Shown: one piece after another, positions 31,580-42,220 of the stretch
Layout: every line of letters starts with the position of its first letter
How positions within the stretch are numbered: position 1 is the stretch's first letter
Program-made: the position numbers and the translations under genes
The notes under the pieces: model-generated
What the model saw: the letters and a program-made list of their open reading frames with translations, nothing else
The model's database searches: none
Told to the model about the DNA's origin: nothing
Assembly: GCA_963847445.1 (NCBI GenBank)
Contig: CAWJZV010000024.1
Location: 32,001 to 96,000, forward strand
Source: an uncultured delta proteobacterium
GTDB taxonomy: Bacteria > Desulfobacterota > Binatia > UBA9968
DNA length: 64,000 bases
Direction: 5' to 3'

Positions 31580-32665
31580 ATGAAAAGAATCTTTATGAAT
31601 AATGATAGGAAACCAGATAAATCAGCGCCGCGGCATAGCTCGGCGTTAGTCGTCGCCGTCATGCTATTGGCCGCACCGGCGTTTGCCCAGACGCCGTTTT
31701 ATCAAGGCAAGACGATCACAATGGTCGCTAGCACCGCGCCAGGAGGGACTGGGGACCTGCGAGTTAAAGCCATGGTTCCCACGCTGCGCAAACATATTCC
31801 CGGCAATCCCACTATCATCATCGAGTACATGGACGGCGGCGGCGGGCGCAAGGGGGCCAACTATTTGTATCGCAACGCCAAGCCCGACGGCTTGACCATC
31901 GGTGCGCTCAGCGGCGGCATCGTCGGGCTGCAAGTCATGCGCGAGAGCGGCGTCATGTACGATATCGACAAATTCATTCAACTGGGCACGCCCGAAAGCA
32001 CCAACCATTACACGATCTACACGCGCAAGGAGCTGGGCGCCAATAACGTCGAGAAACTGCGCGCCTTAAGCGGCATGCGCATCGGCGCCCAATCGGTGGG
32101 TCATGTGTCCTACATCGCCGGGCGGCTTTTTGCCTATCTTTTCGGGTTAAAGCAGCCGCAGTTTATTGCCGGATACACGGCGCCGGAAGTCGACGCGGCG
32201 CTCTTGCGCGGCGAGCTCGATGCGCGGGCGAACAACGCCGCGTCGGTGTTGCGGCGCAATCCGGATTGGCTCGATAAAGGGGACATGGATTTTCACTCCA
32301 TCATGGAAGTGCCCAAGGGGATCAAGCATGCCAAGCTCGGCCATCTGCCGGAGATCGAGAGCTTCGCCAAGAACGACAAAGAAAAAAAGCTGGTCGCCAT
32401 GTGGCGTGGGTTCCGGCTCGTCGGCTCGCCCTACATGCTGCCGCCGGGAACACCCAAAGATCGCGTCGACGTGCTGGAGGATGCCTTTCGCAAGACCTAT
32501 CGAGATACGGAGTTTCGCAAAGACTTTCTGAAACTGGTCGGCGATGACGCCGAACCGATGATGCCTGAAGAACTCGCAAAGGTGATCCGCGAGATACCGC
32601 GCGATGCTGAGGTCGTCGAATTATTGAGAAGTCTGGCCGGTGCGCGGCCGCTGCCGGCGCGGTGA
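31580..32665 (+). CDS. TctC/Bug family substrate-binding protein
   Basis: AQTPFYQGKT, KHIPGNP, KPDGLT, LPPGTPKDR, ARPLPAR. Confidence 0.88.
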   Translation: MKRIFMNNDRKPDKSAPRHSSALVVAVMLLAAPAFAQTPFYQGKTITMVASTAPGGTGDLRVKAMVPTLRKHIPGNPTIIIEYMDGGGGRKGANYLYRNAKPDGLTIGALSGGIVGLQVMRESGVMYDIDKFIQLGTPESTNHYTIYTRKELGANNVEKLRALSGMRIGAQSVGHVSYIAGRLFAYLFGLKQPQFIAGYTAPEVDAALLRGELDARANNAASVLRRNPDWLDKGDMDFHSIMEVPKGIKHAKLGHLPEIESFAKNDKEKKLVAMWRGFRLVGSPYMLPPGTPKDRVDVLEDAFRKTYRDTEFRKDFLKLVGDDAEPMMPEELAKVIREIPRDAEVVELLRSLAGARPLPAR

Positions 32666-32945
32666 AGCACCGAGTTCAAATCGTTCAACCGCGGCCCTGC
32701 GATTGCCCTCATGGCGGTAAGGCTCTCGCCACCAGGCTCCGTTCAAACGTTTCGCACAGCGCACGGCACCCAAGTAGTTTGCGGGATTAAAAGCCCAATC
32801 CCAGTTGCACGAACCGGCTGTGACACTGTATAAGTGCGCTGCAACTTCGCACGGTACGCCGGAGTTGGGGAATCAGCTAAAGACCGAAACGCATTAAATC
32901 GCTGGACCGCGAACCACGGCAATTTCGCCACAAGGATCATTGTTC

Positions 32946-34475
32946 ATGGACAGTTCACTGTTCGACGCCGCCATCAAAGGTTTCTTAAACATTCTGCAGC
33001 TCAAAGTGTTCTTCGCCATGGCCATGGGCGTTGGCATTGGCACCTTCACCGCCGTGGCGCCGCAGGGACTGGGCATGCCGCTGGTTTATGCCATCGCATT
33101 GCCGGTGGTGATCAAATGGGAGCCGGTGACCGGCATCGCGTTTTTGATCGGCGCCAGCTCGGTGAGCGCCATCTGCGCCGCCTATCTGCCGATCCTATTC
33201 GGCATCCCCGGCGGCTCGGGCTCCCAAGCCACCGTGCTCGACGGTTATCCGATGGGTAAGAAAGGCGAAGGCCGGCGCGCTCTCGGCGCGTCCTTCATGG
33301 CCGGCGGCATGGGCGCCTTGATCGGGACACTGACTCTGATGGTCGCGATTCCGGCGGCCAAACCGTTAATTTATTTAATGGGCTCGCCGGAGCTGTTCGT
33401 CATCATGCTGTGGGGCTTGAGCATGGTCGCCGTGCTCGCCGGCAGCCGGCCGCTCAAGGGACTGATCGCCACCGCCTTGGGTCTGTTGCTCGCCACCGTC
33501 GGTCAGCAAGCGCAGAGCGGCGTCATGCGTTTCGTCTACGACCAACCCTACTTGCTCGACGGCATGTCGATCAGCATCATGGCCCTGGCTTTGTTCGGCG
33601 TGCCCTCCGCCCTCGATCTCGCCTTGACCAAGTTGGGCGTCGAGCAACAGCCGGTGCCGCTCAAAGGCAGTCTGTTCGACGGCGTCAGAGACGCGCTGCG
33701 CGAGTGGTGGCTGGTGTTGCGCTGTAGCTTCGTCGGCGTCTGGGTCGGCATCGTGCCCGGCTTGGGCTCGCAGGTGGTCGACTGGCTCGCCTATGGCCAT
33801 GCCGCGCAAACTTGCAAAGGCGGCCGGGAAACTTTCGGCACCGGCGATGTCCGCGGCGTGATCGCGCCGGAGAGCGCCAACGACGCCAAGGACGGCGGCG
33901 ATTTGGTGACGACCCTGCTCTTGGGCTTTCCCCAAGGCGTCGTCACGGCGCTGTTCATCGTCGCGCTGCTGGCCTGGGGATTCGTCCCCGGTCCTGAGAT
34001 GATCAAGAAAAATCCCGAAGTCATTTACAGCGTCGTCTGGCTTCAGGGCATCTCCGGCATCGTCGGCACCCTGGTCGGCTTTTGCCTGGCCAGCCAGCTC
34101 GCCAAGCTCGCCGAGGTGCGCTACACCTTCATGGTTCCGATCATGTTCATGTTCATCCTGATGGGCGCCTTCAGCGTCAACCGCGATCCGCTCGATCTCG
34201 TCGTGGTCGTCGGCTTCGGCATCCTCGGTTACTTCATGCGCCGCGCCGGCTATCCGCGCCCGGCGATGATCCTGGGTCTGGTGCTGGGCGATCTGATGGA
34301 AAAATATCTTTACCGCTCGGTGGCGAGCTACGGCTATAGTTGGCTCAGCCGTCCCGCCGTCATCGTGCTTTTCATCATCGCCGGCGGCTCGCTCTATCTG
34401 ACGCTGCGCGGCAAGACTAAAAGCGAGCAAGAAAGATTCCACGGCGACCTTCAGCGGCGCCATCGCGAGGTCTGA
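32946..34475 (+). CDS. tctA: TctA-family large membrane subunit
   Basis: ILFGIPGG..SQATVLDGYPMGKKGEGRRALG, GVIAPESANDAKDGG, YPRPAMILGLVLG. Confidence 0.9.
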   Translation: MDSSLFDAAIKGFLNILQLKVFFAMAMGVGIGTFTAVAPQGLGMPLVYAIALPVVIKWEPVTGIAFLIGASSVSAICAAYLPILFGIPGGSGSQATVLDGYPMGKKGEGRRALGASFMAGGMGALIGTLTLMVAIPAAKPLIYLMGSPELFVIMLWGLSMVAVLAGSRPLKGLIATALGLLLATVGQQAQSGVMRFVYDQPYLLDGMSISIMALALFGVPSALDLALTKLGVEQQPVPLKGSLFDGVRDALREWWLVLRCSFVGVWVGIVPGLGSQVVDWLAYGHAAQTCKGGRETFGTGDVRGVIAPESANDAKDGGDLVTTLLLGFPQGVVTALFIVALLAWGFVPGPEMIKKNPEVIYSVVWLQGISGIVGTLVGFCLASQLAKLAEVRYTFMVPIMFMFILMGAFSVNRDPLDLVVVVGFGILGYFMRRAGYPRPAMILGLVLGDLMEKYLYRSVASYGYSWLSRPAVIVLFIIAGGSLYLTLRGKTKSEQERFHGDLQRRHREV

Positions 34476-34477
34476 CA

Positions 34478-34945
34478 ATGAAGATTAATTTCGCGCTATT
34501 CTTACTCATTATCTTCGCCGTCGCCACGGTGTCCGGTTGGGGCTGGCCCGACATCGCCAAGATCATGCCGGTCTATGTCGCCGCCATGCCAGGGCTCGTG
34601 ATGATCATCGTCCAGATCTATCGCGAGGCCACCGGCTGGGAGACCAGCCGCAACGCCACCGGCATGGACATGGACGAGAGCGGCGAAAATCAGTTGGACG
34701 AAGCCACCGCACGCAAGCGCACGCTGGCGTTCTTTGCTTGGTTCATCGGCGGCGCATTGGGAATCTGGCTGATCGGCATCGTCTACGCTTTGCCGCTATT
34801 GGTTTTTCTCTACGCTCTGCTCCAAGGCAAGGAAAAGTTGCTCACATCGCTGATTATCGGCGGCTGCGCCTATTTACTGATCTGGGGTTTGTTTGAATAT
34901 ATGCTCGAGACCCGCTGGCCGTCCGGAATACTGTTCGGCTATTGA
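34478..34945 (+). CDS. tctB: TctB-family small membrane subunit
   Basis: 4 TM segments immediately after tctA; C-terminal LFEYMLETRWPSG. Confidence 0.8.
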   Translation: MKINFALFLLIIFAVATVSGWGWPDIAKIMPVYVAAMPGLVMIIVQIYREATGWETSRNATGMDMDESGENQLDEATARKRTLAFFAWFIGGALGIWLIGIVYALPLLVFLYALLQGKEKLLTSLIIGGCAYLLIWGLFEYMLETRWPSGILFGY

Positions 34946-34953
34946 TACTGGGG

Positions 34954-35087
34954 GTTCAAAACGTTCAATCCGTTCAACCGCTATCGTTCCGTCAAGCCCC
35001 CTCGCAGGCTCGATCCTCCCCCGTGACACGGGGGAGGACCAGAGGTGGGGGCTTGAAGCAGATTTGAACGACTTGAACGTTTTGAAC
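34954..35087. repeat. GTTCAA/TTGAAC palindromic repeat
   Basis: gttcaaaacgttcaatccgttcaac...cctcccccgtgacacgggggagg...ttgaacgacttgaacgttttgaac. Confidence 0.85.
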
Positions 35088-35104
35088 CTGTTTAGGAGTA
35101 GTTA

Positions 35105-36143
35105 ATGCTCAAGTGTTTCACTCTTGTCGCTTACATCTTACTTTCGCTGACTGCCGCGTCCGCCCAGACCCCGTATTTTCAGGGCAAGACGATCAAGATC
35201 GTTCGCGGCGGCGAGCCCGGCGGCACCGGTGACATGCAAGCGCGCGCAGTCATTCCCTTCTTGAAAAAACATATTCCCGGCAACCCGACGATCATCGTCG
35301 AAAACATGCCGGGTGCGGCGGGACGCAAAGCCGCCAACCATATTTACTCGACGGCGAAACCCGACGGGCTGTCGATCGGCGCGGTGGGCGCCGGCCTGGT
35401 CGCCGGTCAGATTCTTGAATTGGCCGGCTCGCAATACGACATCGAAAAGCTGATCTACTTGGGCTCCACCGAAAGCGGCGATCCCTACGTCTTCGTCGGC
35501 CGCAAGGACGCCGGTCTCGATACTCTCGATAAACTGCGCGCCGTCATCGGGGATCAGGATCGGCGCCCAAGCCGTGGGCCATCCGGTCTATGTCAGCGGC
35601 AGGCTGTTCGCCTATCTGCTCGGCTTGAAAGAACCGAGAATGGTGCTCGGTTACGGCGGTCCGGAAATGGACATTGCGATGGCGAAGGGAGAAATCGATG
35701 TGCGCGCCAATGGCGCGGATACGGTACTGCAGCGCAACAAAGAGCAGCTCGAAAAAGGCTTCTACCAATTTCACGCGTCGATCTCGATACCCAAGGGGCG
35801 CTACGCCGTCGGCCTGCCGAAAGCGCCGGAGTTGGAGAGCTTTGCCAAGAACGATCAAGAGCGCCAGCTGATCAATCTGTTTCGCACATTTCTCTATCCG
35901 CGCTGGCCCTATCTCTTGCCGCCGGCCACGCCCAAGGAAATCGTCGCGATCCTGCGCGGCGCCATGACCAAAGCGTTGAAAGATCCCGAGTTCCACAAAG
36001 AGTTCAAAAAACTCATGGCCACCGACGCCACGCCGCTCACCGGCGAGGAACTGGAAACCGCGATCAAAGAGCTGCCGCGCGATCCGGAAATCGTCGCGCT
36101 GTACAAAAAAATCGCCGATCAGGGGCCGCTTCCCGCGCGCTAA
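35105..36143 (+). CDS. TctC/Bug family substrate-binding protein (frameshift near 35543)
   Basis: MLKCFTLVAYIL signal peptide, KKHIPGNP..ENMPGAAG, second half in ORF 35574-36143 ending QGPLPAR. Confidence 0.85.
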
Positions 36144-36152
36144 AACAGAGGA

Positions 36153-36282
36153 GTTCAAAACGTTCAAACCGTTCAACGCTACGCTCCGTTCAATCCCTTC
36201 AACGCTCATGTTCCTCCCCCGCGACGCGGGGGAGGATCGAGGAGGGGGCTTGAGCGATTTGAACGGCTTGAACGTTTTGAAC
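36153..36282. repeat. GTTCAA/TTGAAC palindromic repeat
   Basis: gttcaaaacgttcaaaccgttcaac...cctcccccgcgacgcgggggagg...ttgaacggcttgaacgttttgaac. Confidence 0.85.
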
Positions 36283-36313
36283 GATACAGGCTTGATGTAA
36301 GAAGGAGGAGTTT

Positions 36314-37352
36314 ATGCTGAAACGCTTCACTCTCGTCGCTTACATTTTGTTCTCGGTAAATTCCGCGTCCGCCCAGACGCCCTTCTACCAGGGCAAAACC
36401 CTCACCATCGTTCAGGGCACGGAAGCGGGCGGCAGTTCCGACACTCAGACTCGCGCGCTGCTCCCCTATCTGAAAAAACATATTCCCGGCGAGCCCAACA
36501 TCGTCTCCGAGTACATGCCCGGTGGCGGCGGCATGAAAGCCGCCAATCATATTTTCAAGGGCGTCCGGCCCGATGGCTTGACCATCGGCCGCAGTCGGCG
36601 GCGGTCTGGTCGCCAATGCCGTCCTCGGCGAGAAGGGCGTGCTTGTACGATCTCAGCAAGTTTATTTATCTCGGTTCGCCGCACAGCACCTACCATTGGG
36701 TTTTCATCACGCGCAAAGAAGCGGGGCTGAAAAATATCGAAGCCCTGCGCTCGGCGACGGGAGTGAGAATCGGCGCGCAAACCGTCGGCCACTCAAACTA
36801 CTTCGTCGGCCGTTTGTTCGCGCATCTGATCGGCTTCAAAGATCCCAAAATGGTCGTCGGTTACTCCGGCACCGAGCTCGACATTGCGCTGATGAGCGGC
36901 GAGATCGACGGCCGGATCAACAATCCCGACACCTTGGCGATCCGCAACGCCGAGTGGCTCGCCAAAGGCATGATCGATATCCACGCGATCATGGAAGTGC
37001 CGCGCGGCCTCAAACAACCGGGCTTCGACCGCTTGCCCGAAATCGAAGAGTTCGCCAAATCGAGCGCGAGAAAAGGCTGCTGGCAATGGTGCGCGCTTTC
37101 CGGCAATTCGGCACGCCGTCATTCTTCCCGCCGGGCACGCCGCCGGAACCGGTAAAAATTCTTCGCGCCGCAACCGCGAAAATGTATAGCGATCCGGACT
37201 TTCACAAAGAGTACAAGAAACTGGTCGGTGAAGAGCCGACGCCGCTGTTGGGTGAAGATATGGAGCGCGTGATCAAAGAACTGCCACGCGACCCGGAGAC
37301 CGTCGAGCTGTTTAAGAAGCTCAACGCCGCCGGGCCAGTGCCGGCGCGCTAA
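36314..37352 (+). CDS. TctC/Bug family substrate-binding protein (about three frameshifts)
   Basis: MLKRFTLVAYIL signal peptide, KKHIPGEP, RPDGLT, RIGAQTVGH, ends AAGPVPAR. Confidence 0.82.
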
Positions 37353-37362
37353 CGCGCAAGCA

Positions 37363-37490
37363 GTTCAAAACGTTCAAGTCGTTCAACCGCTGCGCTCCGT
37401 TCAATCCCCCTCCTCCGATCCTCCCCCGTGACACGGGGGAGGATCAGAGGAGGGGGCTTGAGCGATTTGAACGGCTTGAACGATTTGAAC
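37363..37490. repeat. GTTCAA/TTGAAC palindromic repeat
   Basis: 128-bp imperfect palindrome with core gatcctcccccgtg-a-cacgggggaggatc. Confidence 0.85.
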
Positions 37491-37506
37491 GTGTTAAGGG
37501 GAAAAC

Positions 37507-38547
37507 ATGCTAAAGACATTCGCACTCGTAATTTTTATCTTATCGACGTTAAGCTCCGCCCACGCCCAGACGCCCTTTTATCAAGGCAAACATATTCTGC
37601 TCATCGTCGGCTCAGGCCCCGGCGGCATGGGCGACCTGCGCGCCAAGGCGCTGGCGGCGGGTTTGACGCGCCACATTCCCGGTAATCCGCCGATCGTTTT
37701 TCAGTACATGGGTGGCGCCGGCGGGCGCCGAGCGGCCAATCAAATCTACAATACCTCCAAGCCCGATGGGCTCACGCTGCTGCGCGTCACCAGCAGCATC
37801 ATTCCCTACGCCGTTCTCGGCGAGCCAGGTGTGCAGTACGACATCGATAAATTGAATTATCTCGGCGCCACCGAACATCAGTTGTATTATATGTTAGTCA
37901 CGCGCAAAGGCGCCGGCATCAATAGTTTGGAAAAACTCCGCAGCACACCCGGCATTCGCATCGGCAGCAGCCCGGTGGGCCACACCGGTTACTTGCAGAT
38001 CCGCATGCTCGCTTATCTGCTCGACATGAAAGATCCCAAAATCGTGCCCGGCTATGAAGGCAAAGATTTGGATGTCGCCATGGCCGCCGGCGAAGTCGAC
38101 GGTCGCATCGCTTCAACGGGGACGGTATCGCAAAACGACCTGTTATCGAAAAATCTCGCCGACTTTCACGTCGGCCTGGGAATACCGGCCAGCTACAAAG
38201 ACCCGCGCTTCGCACACCTGAAGCTGCCGGACCTCAGCAGCTTCGCCAAGTCGGAGAAGGAACGAAAACTCCTGACGATGGCGGAAGGCTTTCGCGTCGT
38301 CGGCACGATCCTCACCGCCCCGCCAGGGACGCCCAAAGAACGTCTCGACACTCTCAAAGAAGCCGTGCGCAAAACCTACGCCGATCCGCAGTTCGCCGCC
38401 GACTATAAACGCCTCACCGGCGGCGACGACCCATCGCCGCTACTGCCCGACGACCAAGCCAAAATCGTCCGCGGCATCCCGCGCGATCCGGAGATCATCG
38501 AGCTGTTCAAGAAATTCGCCTCGACGGCGGCGCTGCCGCCGCGCTGA
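37507..38547 (+). CDS. TctC/Bug family substrate-binding protein
   Basis: MLKTFALV signal peptide, AQTPFYQGK, RHIPGNP, KPDGLT, APPGTPKER. Confidence 0.88.
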   Translation: MLKTFALVIFILSTLSSAHAQTPFYQGKHILLIVGSGPGGMGDLRAKALAAGLTRHIPGNPPIVFQYMGGAGGRRAANQIYNTSKPDGLTLLRVTSSIIPYAVLGEPGVQYDIDKLNYLGATEHQLYYMLVTRKGAGINSLEKLRSTPGIRIGSSPVGHTGYLQIRMLAYLLDMKDPKIVPGYEGKDLDVAMAAGEVDGRIASTGTVSQNDLLSKNLADFHVGLGIPASYKDPRFAHLKLPDLSSFAKSEKERKLLTMAEGFRVVGTILTAPPGTPKERLDTLKEAVRKTYADPQFAADYKRLTGGDDPSPLLPDDQAKIVRGIPRDPEIIELFKKFASTAALPPR

Positions 38548-38667
38548 GGTGGCAGTTCAACGTCAAGCAGTTCAAAACCGTTTGAACGGAGCGGAGCGTC
38601 GGAATCTAAAGTCTCGACTCAAGATGTCAAGGAGGTAATTCATGACGCGAGGCATAAGGAACTTGCC

Positions 38668-39750
38668 ATGAAATTTGCAAGGTACACGCGGCTTAAAGGG
38701 TTTCTCGACCGCGTGCAGCGTTCTGCACGTTGAACTCTTGAACCCCTTGAACCTTGTCCGGGCGCCTTGGCGCAAGCGCCCTTCTACCAGGGTAAGACTA
38801 TTACCCTCATCGTCGGCTTGAGTCCGGGAGGCACTGGTGATTTGAGGATCAAAGCGACCTTGCCGTATCTGAGCAAGTATATTCCCGGCAATCCCAACAT
38901 CGTCGCGCAACATGTCGCCGGCGCTGGCGGCCGAACCGCGGCGAATCAGATGTACAAGCAGGTTAAGCCCGACGGTCTCACCATCGGCAATCCGGGCGCG
39001 TCGATGGTGACCAACGCCGTCCTCGGCGCCGCCGGGGTGGAATACGATGTCGATAAATTCATCTACCTCGGCTCCCCCGACACGATCGTCCACTGGGTGT
39101 TTGCGACCAGGAAAGAAGCCGGCCTCAACACAATCGAAAAACTCCGATCGGCGTCGGGCCTGAGGACCGGCGCTCAATCCATCGGCCATACGATCTACAT
39201 CACCGGCCGGCTTTTTGTCTGGATATTGGGAGTTAAAGAGCCGAAATTCGTCGTCGGCTATAGCGGCCCTGAGATCGACATCGCCCTATTGCGCGGCGAG
39301 GTCGATGCTCGAGCAAACTTAGCCGACACGCTCGTCCAGCGAAACGCCGATTGGTTGGACAAGGGTGTCGTCGACTTCCACAGTATTATCGATGTTCCCA
39401 AGGGAAATCGACACCCGCGTTTCGCCCACTTGCCTGAGCTCGAGGGATTTGCCAAATCGGATCGCGAGAGAAAAGTCCTGGCGATGCAGCGCGGCCTCAG
39501 ACAAGTAGGCTCACCTTACGTTTTCCCTCCCGGCGTGCCCAAGGATCGGGTAGAAATCTTGCGCAATGCGATGCGGAAAACTTTTGAGGACCCGGCGTTC
39601 CATAGCGATTTTAAAAAGCTCGCCGGTGAGCAGGCCACCCCGACCATGGCCGAAGAACAGGAGAAGGTCGTGCGGGAAATCCCGCGCGAGAGCGAGATCA
39701 TCGAGCTGTTCAAAAAAATTTCCGGCGAAGGACCGTTGCCGGGGCGATAG
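38668..39750 (+). CDS. TctC/Bug family substrate-binding protein (signal-peptide region frameshifted; start approximate)
   Basis: AQAPFYQGKTITLIVGLSPGG, KYIPGNP, KPDGLT, ends EGPLPGR. Confidence 0.82.
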
Positions 39751-39997
39751 ATTGAACAGGTTCAAAACGTTCCCTTCGGCGGGCTCAAGGCCTGAGTTTA
39801 TCGAAGGCAAGTCGTTCAAGCGCCGCTCAGTTCAGGCTCTCCGTGCAAAGCGGTAAAGCTGCCATTGCTTTGCAGCAATGAATCGGCATTCACCTTGCAG
39901 CTGGCATTGGCAGACATTTATATCGCTAAAGGTAGGTCTTTTATGCATGTAGGTTATGCCGATAGACCCGAGATTTCCCATGGTGTAAAGTCGCTGC

Positions 39998-40279
39998 ATG
40001 GCACTCGATTTCGAGTGGGATCCGGCTAAGGCTGAAGCCAACCTGAAAGAACATGGAGTCTCTTTCGACGAAGCGACGACAATTTTCCGTGACACGCTTT
40101 CAATTACCATCTCGGACCCGGATCACTCCGATTCTGAAGATCGCTTTATCGATATCGGCATGTCTCATCGTATGCAATTGCTCGTGGTGTCGTACACAGA
40201 ACGCCAAGATAAGATTCGAATCATAAGTGCACGACAACCAACTCGGGCTGAACGGAGAAGCTATGAAGAAACAAACTAG
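39998..40279 (+). CDS. brnT: BrnT-family toxin
   Basis: FEWDPAKAEANLKEHGVSFDEA...EDRFI.IG...IRIISAR. Confidence 0.9.
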   Translation: MALDFEWDPAKAEANLKEHGVSFDEATTIFRDTLSITISDPDHSDSEDRFIDIGMSHRMQLLVVSYTERQDKIRIISARQPTRAERRSYEETN

Positions 40280-40505
40280 ACGGAAGCCGTCGGCAAGCAG
40301 TGATACGATGCGTCCGGAATACGACTTCAGCAAAGGGGTGCGAGGTAAGCACGCCGCAAGTTACGCCGAAGGTACTAATGTGGTCGTTCTGGAAGCCGAC
40401 GTCGCACGCGAGTTCCGAACCACTGAGCAAGTGAACGAAACCCTGCGTGCAGTTTCAAAACTGCTTCAACTACGGCGAAAACCACCGCGCCGGACGACGG
40501 CCTAA
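40263..40505 (+). CDS. brnA: BrnA-like antitoxin
   Basis: Overlaps the brnT 3' end; MRPEYDFSKGVRGK...VVLEADVAREF...VNETLR. Confidence 0.85.
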   Translation: MKKQTRRKPSASSDTMRPEYDFSKGVRGKHAASYAEGTNVVVLEADVAREFRTTEQVNETLRAVSKLLQLRRKPPRRTTA

Positions 40506-40829
40506 CAAAGCGATGAATCCGGCGCCGCTGCCGAGCGCATCATGGGACTTCGCGTCGCATCTGCCATCATACTTGCGCTCTACTACCATATGGGGCTTAT
40601 GTTCTTTTTCGTCCCTCGTGATGCGAAACCGGCAGACTCGGCCAGCAAAGGGGTTCGCGACGTCTGACCCGCGGCTCAAGACTGATGTCGAAAGCGCTCG
40701 CCTTCCAGGCGCGCTTGTTCGCCACGGCTTAGCCGCATTGCGTTATCGATCCCATTCGCAAGCCCTGCTTGCATATTCCACCGCCCGCATCTCTACCCTC
40801 ATTCGCCGATAGATGATAGTTATCGCCTC

Positions 40830-42104
40830 ATGCGATTAGACCTTGGCTACATTCACATAAAGGACATTCGTTTCGGTGCGGGGACGTCGATTGAAAGCGG
40901 CGTACTGACAATCAACCGCGTGGAAATCATTTCTCTACTCGAACAAGAGCCGCTCTTCGAGCGCGTCGACATCGAACTCGCTCATCCCGGCGAATCCTGC
41001 CGAATCCTGCGCGTGCTCGACGTCCTCGAGCCGCGTTATCGCTTGAACGGTCCCAATTTTCCCGGCGCCCTCGACGGCAACGGTCTGGTCGGCGACGGCG
41101 CGACCCGCGCTTTGAAGAATGTCGCGGTGGTCGAAACCGATCAGACGGCGCCGCGCTCGCGCAACTTGATCGACATGAGCGGACCGGCGGCGGACTATTC
41201 GCCCATCGCCAATACCCACAACGTCGTCCTGCTGCCTTTTCCGAAAAAGGACGTCGATAAAAATGACTATCGTCTTGCCGTCAAGAAAGCCGGTCTCAAA
41301 ACTGCCGCCTATCTCGCCGCGGCGGCGAAGGATTTAAAACCTGACGAAACCCGGGTCTTCGAACTGCCGCCGGTGGCGGCGAATCAAGGGCCGAAGGATC
41401 TGCCGCGCATCGCCTACATCTTTCCGATGCACTCGCATCAGCATCCGACGCAGCAAAAAGAGACGGTCTTTTACGGCAGCAACATCCAGGGCTTCATGCC
41501 CACCGTGGTCCATCCCAATGAGATTCTCGACGGCGCGCTGATGTTTTCCTACTCGGCGTTTACCTGGTTTGCGCAGAATCATCCGGTGATCCTGGAGCTC
41601 TACCGCCGCCATGGCAAAGATCTCTGGTTCGCCGGCGTCGTCCTCACCGTCGCGCCCGCCGTGGTGTCTGAAAAGGAACGCAACGCTTTTCTCAATGCCC
41701 GGCTCGCCAAAGAAGTCTTGAACGCCGACGGCATCCTGTCGACGAAAATCGGCGGCGGCGCCGTCGACACCGATTTGATGATGACCTACACCCGCGCCGA
41801 GGAGATGGGCATGAAGGCCGCTCTGATCATCATGGAGCGCTACCCCGACACTGGCATCACTTTCGTGCCGGAGAATGTCAACGCGCTGATCACACCCGGC
41901 CTGACCCGCGACCCGATCACCCTGCCCGCCGTTGACCGCGTTATCGGCGGCGACACGCTGCACCTGGATAACTCGAACCCAGACAATACAAACCCCGGCC
42001 TTGTGCCGCTGCCGGCGAAGCAGGAGATTACCGTCTGGATGGGCGACCTGGTCGGCGCCATCAGTCAAACCGGCGCATCGCGACTGACGACGTATATGAG
42101 TTAA
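40830..42104 (+). CDS. Glycine/sarcosine/betaine reductase component B proprotein-like (GrdE/GrdI/PrdA family)
   Basis: MRLDLGYIHIKDIRFG, AHPGESCRI..VLDVLEPR, IDMSGP, HPNEILDGA, NHPVILELY, LPAVDRVIG; directly upstream of the grdB-like gene. Confidence 0.85.
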   Translation: MRLDLGYIHIKDIRFGAGTSIESGVLTINRVEIISLLEQEPLFERVDIELAHPGESCRILRVLDVLEPRYRLNGPNFPGALDGNGLVGDGATRALKNVAVVETDQTAPRSRNLIDMSGPAADYSPIANTHNVVLLPFPKKDVDKNDYRLAVKKAGLKTAAYLAAAAKDLKPDETRVFELPPVAANQGPKDLPRIAYIFPMHSHQHPTQQKETVFYGSNIQGFMPTVVHPNEILDGALMFSYSAFTWFAQNHPVILELYRRHGKDLWFAGVVLTVAPAVVSEKERNAFLNARLAKEVLNADGILSTKIGGGAVDTDLMMTYTRAEEMGMKAALIIMERYPDTGITFVPENVNALITPGLTRDPITLPAVDRVIGGDTLHLDNSNPDNTNPGLVPLPAKQEITVWMGDLVGAISQTGASRLTTYMS

Positions 42105-42220
42105 GAAAATGCTTCGGATTGTTCTCGCGCCAAGCGCGCCAAGTTCGGAACTTTTTTCTTTGCGTCCTTTGCGGTCTTTGCGCGAGATATTCCGGAATCC
42201 GTAGTTTGGGAGTCATTAAC

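Noticed and set aside
32700-32930. Riboswitch or ncRNA in the gap before the second tctA
   Set aside because: I recognised no conserved riboswitch motif. An Rfam search would be needed.
34954-37490. GTTCAA/TTGAAC palindromes as integron attC sites
   Set aside because: They begin with GTT and end with AAC, the reverse of the RYYYAAC...GTTRRRY arrangement. They also occur at unrelated loci, and there is no integrase.
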